From contig CM060732.1 of NCBI GenBank assembly GCA_030704615.1, forward strand, positions 11,098,001 through 11,162,000: DNA of 64,000 bases. The letters are read 5' to 3'. The translations under genes and the position numbers were made by a program. Below the pieces are notes generated by a model. It worked only from the letters and a program-made list of their open reading frames with translations, was not told the DNA's origin and made no database searches. This DNA is from Takakia lepidozioides. Taxonomy: Eukaryota; Plantae; Bryophyta. Shown one piece after another: positions 36,596 through 46,177 of the stretch (position 1 is the first letter of the stretch; each line of letters begins with the position of its first letter).

Positions 36596-38778
36596 CAGTG
36601 AAGTATTTTGCCACGTAGCCTAAGTTGTTCCCAAAACAACTTAGGTGGCAAGATACTTTAGCGGTGTTCGACGTGGATATCCAGTACAAACCGGGACGAG
36701 ACAATGTGGTGGCCGATGCCTTAAGTAGAAAGCAGCAGCTCATGCTGGTATATAGGGGCGAGACGACGCTCCAAAGAAGATCCGGAAGACTTACCGGAAG
36801 GATGAGATGACGAAGTCTGTGATGCGAGACTTGAGGATGGGGTGAAATCGCAGTTCCACGTACAAAATGGACTGCTCCGGTACAAGCAAAAGCGTCTTTA
36901 TGTGTCGAAGGAAGGGATCAGAGATAGTCTCTTGAGAGAATGTCATATGGCCCGCTTTCGGGCCACGGTGGAGCCAAGTGCACCGCGGCACTCCTGAAGA
37001 AAGAGTATTTCTGGCCCAAACTGAGGGAGGAAGCCGATGAGTATGTCAAGACATGCACCATATGCCAACAAAATCGGAGCGAGTACAAAAAGCAAGCGAG
37101 GCTGTTACAACCCTTGCCAATTCCAAAGGGGTCTTGGGAAAGTGTCTCAATGGATTTCATGACTGCTATGCCGCTGTCAAAAGGATTCAGTAAAATGGGC
37201 CATTTTATTCCCACCAAGGAGACGGCAACGGCATAGGAGACGGGACGACTTTACTTCGCCCACATCTTCAAGCGAAGGATATTGTCTTGGACTGCGATCC
37301 AAAGTTCACAAGTAAATTTTGGAGGGCACTCTGGAAGAAAATGGGGACGATGCTCAAGATGAGCACCGCCTTCTGACCTACGACGGACGGCCAAATAGAA
37401 AGGGTGAATTTCGTGGTGAAGCAGATCTTGCGGAATCACATGTCGGCAGACCAATCGGACTGGGTGGAGCACTTGGACGCGGCAGAGTTCTGTTATAATA
37501 ACACAAAACACTCCGCAATGGGAGTTTCCCCTTTCGTATTGATCTATGGAAAAGCACCTCTGGTGCCGACAAATTGGGCCGCCCAAGACATTGAAGAACT
37601 GGCAACAGCAGCGGTGTTGGAAGAACGCAAGCGTTTGTTGAAGCTCGCAAAGTATAACATTGCCAAAACTAGGAAACGGTATGAACGGCAAGCGAATCGG
37701 AAGCAGAGGGAAATTAAGTTTGAGGCATGCACAGAGGTCTGGTTGAACATCAAGAATTTCCGACTACCTCCGGAAGTGGGTCCGAAATTCGTACCTCCAT
37801 ATGCGGGACCCTTTCGCATCCGAAAGGTTATGAATGAGGATATGTATGAATTGGAGCTATCGGCAAACAGCAAGGTGCATCTGGTATTCCACGTCTCACT
37901 TTTGCAGCCTTACTTCAAAGATGAAGCGCATCCGAATCGGCATCAAGTATTGCGTCCGCCACCCGTGCTGTTGGATCATGAAAATGAACCTGAGTACGAG
38001 GTGAAGGCAGTGCTAAGTCGAGGAGGTTCAAGAATTGAAAAAAGGAGTATCTCGTGGAATGGAAGGGCTATCATCATGTGGAGGCATCTTGGGTGCATGC
38101 CTCAGAAATGGGAAACGCATCCGAGGCGGTTGCAGCTTTCGAATGACGATCTCAAAAGCGGAAGAAGCGTTGATGGGGACATCAACCTTGGATCGTGGGG
38201 GAGGAAATGCATGCTTAGCCCGGCTTAGCTAGCTCAGGAATCTGTTTGCAAAAACTTGTATTGTACAAATTTTGTTGTAAATGAAATGGTTTCCAAATAT
38301 CGTGTTTCATATCTTATTTGGAATGGTGATGCATGGTATGGTTGGCTAGTGTGTAGAATGCATGCTAGCTTACAAAGTGAGAGAGGTAAATTGGATTAAT
38401 CGTGTATTTGTGTACTGTCGAAATCGGGTGACTCCCATCCAAGGGGCAAGGAAACTTGCAGCTTCGTTGGGAGTTCACGTGCTAGTGCGCACCTGGCGCG
38501 TGCGCGTACTATAACTGCGCTACCGAGGGGGTTGTCTTGTAGTGCGGGCTAACGCGGAAGCTACGTGCTTCTGTTCACATACTATAATCGTGTAGCCTCG
38601 GGATGAAGTCGTAATGCGGCTTCGGCATGTTCCCGTACCTTAGGCCAGCATTCCAAGGCAGACCCAATGTAGTGATTGGGGCGCACGGTTAGTTCAAGGT
38701 TATCTTCCTAGTCAAAAAAAGGTTCAAGACGAACCCTTGCTCAAGGTGATGCCAAAAGCGGCATCAGGAGCGGTTACA
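36596..38778 (+). mobile_element. Degenerate chromovirus (Tf2-type Gypsy) 3' part: end of RNase H, integrase, chromodomain, PPT and probable 3' LTR
   Basis: IQYKPGRDNVVADALSR; GHGG...CTICQ; WESVSMDF; GPFRI; EYEVKAVL...EYLVEWKGY. Purine tract near 38197-38207. Candidate LTR about 38208-38778 ending GCGGTTACA. Confidence 0.85.
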
Positions 38779-39049
38779 AGCAAATGTTGTCGCAGTAAGG
38801 CAATTCGATCCTCGGGGAGGATCGTTCCTTGGCCCTGAAGTGGGCCAAGAAGAGTGCATTGGGAGGGCCTGCACCGTTTGTTTGCACCACCTCGCGAAAG
38901 TTTAGGATCGTCTAGCTTTAGTGAGCAAATTGTCAGTGAGATTGAACTTGAGAGACATGTAGATGTTGTTGCACTATTTGAGGGTATCAATGTTGCAGAG
39001 GTGTTTTACAAGTCCAACTAAATAGTTTTCATGCCCAATCACGTTTTTG

Positions 39050-40330
39050 GAAACCTTATGCGCGCTCTTCCCTTTGATGGACATTCTTCACAGTCAATGA
39101 TGGCGGAGTTATTGACGTTGACAAACCGCAAGTGATGAGGTGTATAATCTGTCATGGTGCATATATGAGTTCAGATCTTTTAGCTCTTCGCACTCGTAGT
39201 AGAAAAGGCTTGATTACTTATTTCACGTCAAATGGTATCAGTGCCATGAGAAAACATGTTGAGACTGAGCACTCACACTTAGGTAGTAGATACGATGAAG
39301 ATGTGAGCAACATGACAAATGATCTTTTGGAACGGCAACCTGCAAAAAAACGCCCAAAAGTCACACCTGGTACAATCTCCAAGTTATTTTCTTCAATAGA
39401 CCTTTTCAAAAATGATGCACCCACAGAGAAGTCTTTCCTTCATAATCTTCTTTTGTTTGTGATTAAACAATACTTGCCGTTGAGGACAGTATAATCAGTG
39501 TGGCTGCAAAGGTTGGCATTCGGCTTGTGTCCAAGCATTGTGTTTCCAAGATGATCAGTGTTGTTGACAAAACTAGAGAGAAGTATGTCATTCCAGTATT
39601 GCCGTCGTGTATCACAACAACAGCCACCTTCGACTTATGGATGTCCAAATGTGCGCATGATATTTTCACTGTTGTCGTCAATTTTCTATCCTCCGAATGG
39701 GAACCTAGGCATGTGACAATTGGTTTATTTGAAGTAAATCACACTGATGGACAGGCCATGGCGATGCAGCTACAAAATCTGTACATTAAGAAATTGCTTC
39801 GCACATGCCATGTCTAAGGTTTGTCAGTATGCAAGCACCGATGAGAAAGTCTGTCGACGGTTCTCTTATGTGTCCATCAAAGCTGCTCAAGGTGACATAC
39901 AAAAATGTATCACCTGGCCTAAGAAATCCGGAAAAGACCTACAAGCATGGGATGTTGTTTGTATTACTAAGGGACTCCGTCCAAGAAAGCTCAACACTCC
40001 TGCGAAAATCGGGTAATCAATTGTTTCATAGAATTTCGAAAATTTCTAGATTGCATCATTTTTGTGTTGATGGGGCTATATAATTCAAATGTGGCTTTGT
40101 GTCGCCTTATGTATGTAAATGTGATTGTGCATCTGAGTTGTATAATTTCTAATTGGTGTCAACATTCTTGTGGGATGCTTAGATTTGTAAGCCGTATTTT
40201 ATTTCAGGATGCTCTTCGGTTTCGAGCAGCCATCAATCACTGCTACAGCCGTGCCGACAATTATAATCACAAATTGTGTCCTCCACCAAAGTAAAGGACA
40301 CTTGATTATTATCAGATGCTTTGAATTCAG
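39050..40330 (+). pseudogene. hAT transposase remnant with BED zinc finger
   Basis: MRCIIC...SNGISAMRKHVETEH; TFDLWMS...FTVVVNFLSSEWEPRHVTIGLFEV; CFAHAMSK. Fragmented by stops, frameshifts and deletions. Confidence 0.82.
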
Positions 40331-40624
40331 CCGTAGCCTTGGTTGTTAAATATCATAGTGACATTGATGCAAAAATTGTAGATGACAACTTGGGTATGTG
40401 GAAGGAAGCTACGCCACGAGCCTGCTCAGGTGAGCCTATGAGCCCAGGCACTTAGTTGGAGCTTGGGCGTCACGCTTAGTGGTCGTGAGCGCAGAGTGGT
40501 GCGGTATTAGAAAGAGGGTATATACCCAAGGATAAAGGCAGACCTATTCCCGCGAGAATACCAGCAGCGTCATTTGACATATTGGAATCGTATTGATGCA
40601 TTCATTATGTGCTTGTAATCAGGT

Positions 40625-42045
40625 GTGATGACTTATGTGGGCATTAACGACCACATAATTCGTAACCTCACAAAGCTACGTGAGGAGCTGGAGGAGTTGC
40701 TTTTAGCGATCTCATCTCGCCATCCACGTCGTGTCACCATTGAGGTGAAATATGTTAAGCTAAATTTTGCCCACGATCTTCAGGCATCGTGGTACAGATT
40801 TCCTTCGCAGAAAGATGAGAGCCGCGATCATGACATTCGATTGGCAGTTCTCCGTGCAATTACTTCCTCCGTTGTGGATATAGTATCCTTGGAGTTGCAA
40901 CCGGCCGACACGAAGGCACATTACGAAGCGGAGTTGCGGAGTTCTGCAGAGGCTTGTACTCCAACCAGACTTTACGACACCTAGTCATCGGGTACTATGT
41001 TGTCGACGTAGACGGACAATTGAGTATGGTACATCACGTTGCAGAGATGCTTCGCGTGAACAACTCTCTAAAACATCTTGAGATTGATGGGATAGCCATC
41101 AACACATATTCAGCCAAGCTCTTGGCTGTCGCTTTGCCTGAAAATCGTGCCCTGCAAAATTTGCATTTGTCTCAGTCCTTCTTTCTGCCTGTGTCTACAT
41201 CCCGCGGGTCGGCAGAGGGAGTGCAAATGTTGGTGGCTCCTTTGGTTGCCACAGATCCATTAGGCTCCAACTCTGTGCTGCAGACGTTACGGATGGGGTG
41301 TTGTCTCGGATACGATAACGTCGGTTATGATGAGGCAGCCAAGCACGTGGCAGCGATGCTGTGTGGCAATTCTTCCTTGTTGGAGCTTGAGTTAATGTAT
41401 TGGAATATGACGTCGGAGGGCGGTGCTGCTATCGGCAGGGCTTTGGCCACCAACACCACCCTTACAACTCTAAGCGTGTATGGCTGCAAGATTGGGGCGG
41501 ATGGTGTGGAGGCGATAGCACAACATCTCGCACACCACAATTCTTCTCTCACACGCCTTAATGTTGGCGACACTTGGAGTACAGAGATAGAGGGAAGCAA
41601 GGCAGCCAACGCATTGGCCAACATGTTTCGATCCAACTCCACGTTGACCAATGTGGACGTGTCACGTAGTCGGTTTAACGAAGAAGGTATTGTGGAACTC
41701 TTCAAATCACTGGCCACCAACACGTCTTTGACAGACCTTGATCTTAGGGGTTGCGAGGTTGTTGCCGGGGACAGGGTGTTGGCAGCAATCGGGGATTCAC
41801 TGCGAGCCAATCTGTGTCTACAAAGACTCCTTACAGATCAATCTTCCTTGAGCATTGTAGATTGGAGTGGTGTAGAGAGAAGGGAGCAGCAATCGGTGTT
41901 ACGAGGAATGATGAGATCCGTGAGTCCGGAGGCAGCGAGCGTGTTGACTTACGGCGCCGCTGGTACTCAACCATACTTCCACTTTCTCATATTATATTCT
42001 TCCTATTTTGCTTTGCACCTCTTGAGGACGCCGAATGTAATGTAA
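40625..42045 (+). pseudogene. Ribonuclease-inhibitor-like LRR protein (TORNADO1-like N-terminus), copy A, frameshifted near 40937
   Basis: Repeats of the form L..N.SL..L.L (MLRVNNSLKHLEI, ALATNTTLTTLSV, SLATNTSLTDLDL). One base is missing relative to copy B. Possible splice donor after YGAAG. Confidence 0.75.
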
Positions 42046-42093
42046 CAAGTAACTCCGCAACACCGTGCAAGAATTCCGAATTCAGAACTAATC

Positions 42094-42282
42094 TGTCGTG
42101 CGCATACATATCGCTACACAACTACATCGCTGTCCAAAACCACACAACACATGTGCACACCACACACTAGTATACCACTAGTCTACCACTAGTCCAACCA
42201 CTAGTCCAACCACTAGGCTACAACTAGTCAGTCACTAGGCTGCCACTACGCTGCCCACTATGGCAGTCACTAGTCCACACAA
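42094..42282 (-). repeat. Terminal repeat Y, outer copy (189 bp)
   Basis: Direct repeat of 42612-42780 plus a 20-bp insertion; contains many CACTAG motifs. Confidence 0.95.
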
Positions 42283-42609
42283 TGATAAAGAAGAAGAATA
42301 CAAGCACAAGCTCATGCGAGCTCACAAAGCTGAAGCATAAACTCAGGCATATATAACCTCATCACTCAAATACAAGTCAAGCCAAGTGCACCCCACGCCA
42401 TGGGGAATCCACACTACGGCGCCATAGCTAGGCGCGGTGAGGCTCAACTCGAGAAAGATGAGCCTCCCGCGCTTGCCGTGAAGATAACCACTCCAGGGCC
42501 TAAATCTGCCTTGACCCCTGGATTGACACTTGGGCCAATCCCAAATGTCAATATGTAAAAGCTAGCTATTTCCTAGCTAGTTTCACACTAGTGGTAAAAT
42601 AACTTGACA
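42283..42609 (-). repeat. Terminal repeat X, internal 3' copy (327 bp)
   Basis: Direct repeat of 53429-53755. Confidence 0.96.
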
Positions 42610-42611
42610 GC

Positions 42612-42780
42612 TGTCGTGCGCATACATATCGCTACACAACTACATCGCTGTCCAAAACCACACACTAGTATACCACTAGTCTACCACTAGTCCAACCACT
42701 AGTCCAACCACTAGGCTACAACTAGTCAGTCACTAGGCTGCCACTACGCTGCCCACTATGGCAGTCACTAGTCCACACAA
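42612..42780 (-). repeat. Terminal repeat Y, inner copy (169 bp), preceded on the element strand by PPT AGGGGGGCGA (42781-42790)
   Basis: Read directly. Joined to X through the palindrome GACAGCTGTC (42606-42615). Confidence 0.95.
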
Positions 42781-43039
42781 TCGCCCCCCTAGCTGGTGCT
42801 TAGGTCCCTCTAAGTCCAGGTAGCCACAAGATGTGATAGTGACCATAGCCTCACTAAGTCCTCCACCACTATCCCTACTACACTCAAACTCGATAGATCA
42901 AGAGGCCGGGTGCAAGAGTTGCCCCATCGTTAGTCGCCGTCTTGCAACCTGTGAACTTGAGCTTGGGATCTCATGTATTGACTCCTATGAGCTTGGCCTC
43001 CCATGTCTTGTTAGCTGCCTCCAGTCATGTCCACTGCCA

Positions 43040-46000
43040 CTATCCCAAGCAGTGTGGACACAACCAATCTCCGTCAGGAACCTTCTCAAGGGGTGGTGTC
43101 AAGCATCCCATATGCCAACCCCTTGAGCACCGATCACACACCAGCATGGTGGCTGCCCCTTTGGCAGACCCACAGAGCATGCACCTCAAACCTGCAGGTA
43201 CCACTGCCAAGTTTGGGTCAACTCTGCCATCGACATTGGGAAGGTGACATGGCGCACAATTACGCACATGGTCTCTCCAAGTCATGCCATCCCGACCCTC
43301 TAAGATCAGGACCCCTGAGGGCAACACCTCTCGAACCCTCAGAATAACACGCCCTGCAGTAACATCCAGAGTCGTAGGAGCAGTCTGCTGCAAATAAACA
43401 TAGTCACCAGGGCTAAACCTCCGAACCCCAGGACGATATCCTCCACCACGTATAGTGGCATACCTCAACGTATCACGGTGCTGTGCAATGGCAAGGTTCT
43501 CAAAAGCCATGGGCATGACTTTCTTGAACAACTCTGCACGCTGATCACATGCACGTACCCACACGTCCGGATCGTCAAGGTTAAGGACTTGAGCAGTGTC
43601 CCTACGAATGGCTGCAGGCAAATCCGGCTCTCGGCCAAAGAGAAGGAAATATGGTGAGAAGGAGGCAAGTGATGCTTGTTTGCTGAACCTGTAGCCCATG
43701 GCTAACCAAGGAACCTGAAGATCCCAATCTCCTAGGTGTCCCTTCTGCAAGCCATACTTGCGCAAACCCCTCTTCACCGTCTGAACAACTCTCTCTGCTA
43801 AGCCATCGGCCTCAGGATGATCCCGAGAAGTGGTGCGGTGGTCTATCAAGGCTTTATCACACAAAGCCTGAAACTCCCCCAAGAACTCTCTCCCTTGGTC
43901 CGTGAGTACCTCAGCTGGAGCACCAAATCGGCTAAGCACACGATCCAAGAATGCATACGCAGCCCCCTCACTAGCCTTGTCAGGCAATGGAACCAACTCA
44001 ATCCACTTGGAGAAGTGCTCCACCATCACCAACACATATCTGTGGTGGCGCATAGTCAGTGGCAACGGTCCTGCGAAGTCAAGACTCCACCTGTAGCCCA
44101 ATCCCATGATTGGTAAAGGATGCAACTGTGGTGTAGGGGCGTTGAATGAAGCACGCACCCTGTCACACACCATGCACCTAGCCACAAACTGTTGCACCTC
44201 TGTATGCATACCACGCCACCAATACTGCCCCTGCAGTAAACTGTGAGTGCGTCGCACTCCAAAATGCCCCAACTCCTCATGGGCATGCCGCACTAACCGT
44301 GCACGCTGTGTGGGGTGAGGCACAATCCTCACCCGACCATCCTCCCACACTCGAAGTAGGTGTATCCCCTCCCACTTGAACCTCTTGGCTCGTTGCAGGA
44401 TCCGATCCCTCTCCCTGGCAGTCACAATGGCTGCCGTGTCTCCCGTGCGGAGGTAGTCCAACACAGCCGAATCCTCATGTATATCTCTGGCACCACCTAG
44501 CTCATCACTAGCCTCAGGGTCCTCAGACACTCCGTCTACAGTCATCCCTGTTGTAGGTCCAATCTGACCTCCCGATGCCAAGATACACAAAAATGCAGAT
44601 GCGTGCCATCCCGGCACCATCTCCTCGTCCGTCTCACCATGCCACCGAGCTCCAGTGTCATCCTGCTGGCTCATGCATGGATTGCGACTCAATCCATCCG
44701 CATCCCGATTGACCAAACCCGGTCGATGCACAACCTGAAAGTCATACTCCTGGAGTATAAGTGCCCACCGTGCAAGCTTCCCCGTAAGCTTGTCTGACTC
44801 CATCAACCACTTGAGTGGCTGGTGATCCGTGACAAGGGTGAAAAGATTGCCGTATAGATAGCACCTGAAGTGTGCCACGGCCCACACTGCAGCTAAGCAC
44901 TCTCCCTCATATGAGCTGTACTTAGCCTCTGCAGCGTTGTTCGAGCGGCTAGCGTAAGCCACTACGAACTCTCTTCCCTCATCATCCACCTGTGTGAGCA
45001 CCGCTCCAAGCCCCAGCATGCTCCAATCCGTATGCAGCTGAAAGGGACGCCCCCTGATAGGTCGTCTCAAGATAGGCGCCGAGGTCAACCTCGCCTTGAG
45101 CTCTTGAAAAGCTCGTTCCTGCTCATCTTCCCACTGCCACTCCTGGTCCACCTTGGTCAGCTTGGTTAGAGCCTTTGCAATGGTACTAAATCCCTTGACA
45201 AACCGTCTATAATAGTTTGCCAACCCCATGAAAGCTCGAACTCGGCTCACATCCGTGGGGCGTGGAATTTGTGCAATGGCCTCTACCTTAGTCTGCTGTA
45301 CCCCCAATCCTCCAGGATATATCATGTGACCCAGATACTCAATCTGGTTGTGGAAAAACTTGCACTTCCCCGGATGCAACTTCAATCCGTGCGCTCTCAA
45401 GCGCTCCAATACCACCTGAAGGTGTCTCTCATGCTCCTCCATCGTAACACTAAAGATGATGATGTCATCTATGTAGCACCGAGCAAAGTCCACCCCTGCT
45501 AGAATCCTATCCATGACTCTCTGAAACTCTGCAGGAGCATTCTTAAGCCCAAATGGTAAGAACCGCCACTGATATAGGCAATCCTTGCCGTGCTCATTGA
45601 TCCCCCAGAATGCCGTCTTCTGCTTGTCCGCCTCCTTGATTGGCAACTGGTGATATCCGGATCGTAAATCCAAAGTGCTAAAGGCCTTAGCATGCCCGAT
45701 GGCATCAAAGATCTCCTCTGGTGTTGGCATGGCATACTTATCGGACTTGGTCTGACGATTTACAGGCCGGTAATCACCGCACATACGTCTCTCCGTCCAA
45801 TTGCCATAGACATCCTTCTTGGCTGGCATCACTGTGGCTGAAGCATACTCTCCACCAGAGAGCTCCACCAAACCTGCCTCCCAGAGATCTTGAGTCCTCA
45901 TCTGAATCAAAGACCTCTCCATGTCACTGTATCTATAGGGTCTCCGAAAGATTGGCGTGTCAGTGGCCAACTCAATACGGATCTCTTGACCCTTCAGTGC

Positions 46001-46174
46001 TCCCAAGTCCTTCAAACTGAAGGCAAAGCAATTCCTGTAAGCCCTCAGGAACCGCCGTATACGTCGTCTCTCTCCTCCGGTGACAATGGGTCCAATGTCA
46101 GGCTCCCAATTGTCCTCCGTAACTACAACCTTAAGTCCAGTGGGCTTAGAGGTAGAGGACGCGTCCCGTGGTTG
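43040..46174 (-). CDS. Pol: RT - RNase H - integrase - PHD finger; intact frame starting directly after the UAG at 46175-46177
   Basis: YIDD; LHTDWS; HEELGH...CMVC; D-D-E residues in SLDFAG, LTDQG and AERVV; C-terminal C4HC3 motif CMLC...CDRC...WHMGC...WLCPHC. The 53 codons between the stop and 46015 are open. Confidence 0.95.
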   Translation of the reverse strand, partial: QPRDASSTSKPTGLKVVVTEDNWEPDIGPIVTGGERRRIRRFLRAYRNCFAFSLKDLGALKGQEIRIELATDTPIFRRPYRYSDMERSLIQMRTQDLWEAGLVELSGGEYASATVMPAKKDVYGNWTERRMCGDYRPVNRQTKSDKYAMPTPEEIFDAIGHAKAFSTLDLRSGYHQLPIKEADKQKTAFWGINEHGKDCLYQWRFLPFGLKNAPAEFQRVMDRILAGVDFARCYIDDIIIFSVTMEEHERHLQVVLERLRAHGLKLHPGKCKFFHNQIEYLGHMIYPGGLGVQQTKVEAIAQIPRPTDVSRVRAFMGLANYYRRFVKGFSTIAKALTKLTKVDQEWQWEDEQERAFQELKARLTSAPILRRPIRGRPFQLHTDWSMLGLGAVLTQVDDEGREFVVAYASRSNNAAEAKYSSYEGECLAAVWAVAHFRCYLYGNLFTLVTDHQPLKWLMESDKLTGKLARWALILQEYDFQVVHRPGLVNRDADGLSRNPCMSQQDDTGARWHGETDEEMVPGWHASAFLCILASGGQIGPTTGMTVDGVSEDPEASDELGGARDIHEDSAVLDYLRTGDTAAIVTARERDRILQRAKRFKWEGIHLLRVWEDGRVRIVPHPTQRARLVRHAHEELGHFGVRRTHSLLQGQYWWRGMHTEVQQFVARCMVCDRVRASFNAPTPQLHPLPIMGLGYRWSLDFAGPLPLTMRHHRYVLVMVEHFSKWIELVPLPDKASEGAAYAFLDRVLSRFGAPAEVLTDQGREFLGEFQALCDKALIDHRTTSRDHPEADGLAERVVQTVKRGLRKYGLQKGHLGDWDLQVPWLAMGYRFSKQASLASFSPYFLLFGREPDLPAAIRRDTAQVLNLDDPDVWVRACDQRAELFKKVMPMAFENLAIAQHRDTLRYATIRGGGYRPGVRRFSPGDYVYLQQTAPTTLDVTAGRVILRVREVLPSGVLILEGRDGMTWRDHVRNCAPCHLPNVDGRVDPNLAVVPAGLRCMLCGSAKGAATMLVCDRCSRGWHMGCLTPPLEKVPDGDWLCPHCLG

Positions 46175-46177
46175 CTA
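46169..46177 (-). promoter_or_regulatory. Putative stop-codon readthrough signal UAG CAA CCA (copy 2)
   Basis: Single in-frame stop between DNMT and RT. Matches UAG-CARYYA and is identical in copy 1. Confidence 0.8.

Noticed and set aside
34583-38778. One continuous element joining the copy 3 leader to the downstream pol
   Set aside because: The pol is a chromodomain-type integrase starting abruptly in RNase H, and its candidate LTR does not resemble X or Y. This is more likely a juxtaposition of remnants.
41325-41810. 161-aa antisense ORF, duplicated at 57849-58334
   Set aside because: It is a shadow ORF of the LRR coding strand, and its duplication simply follows the gene duplication.
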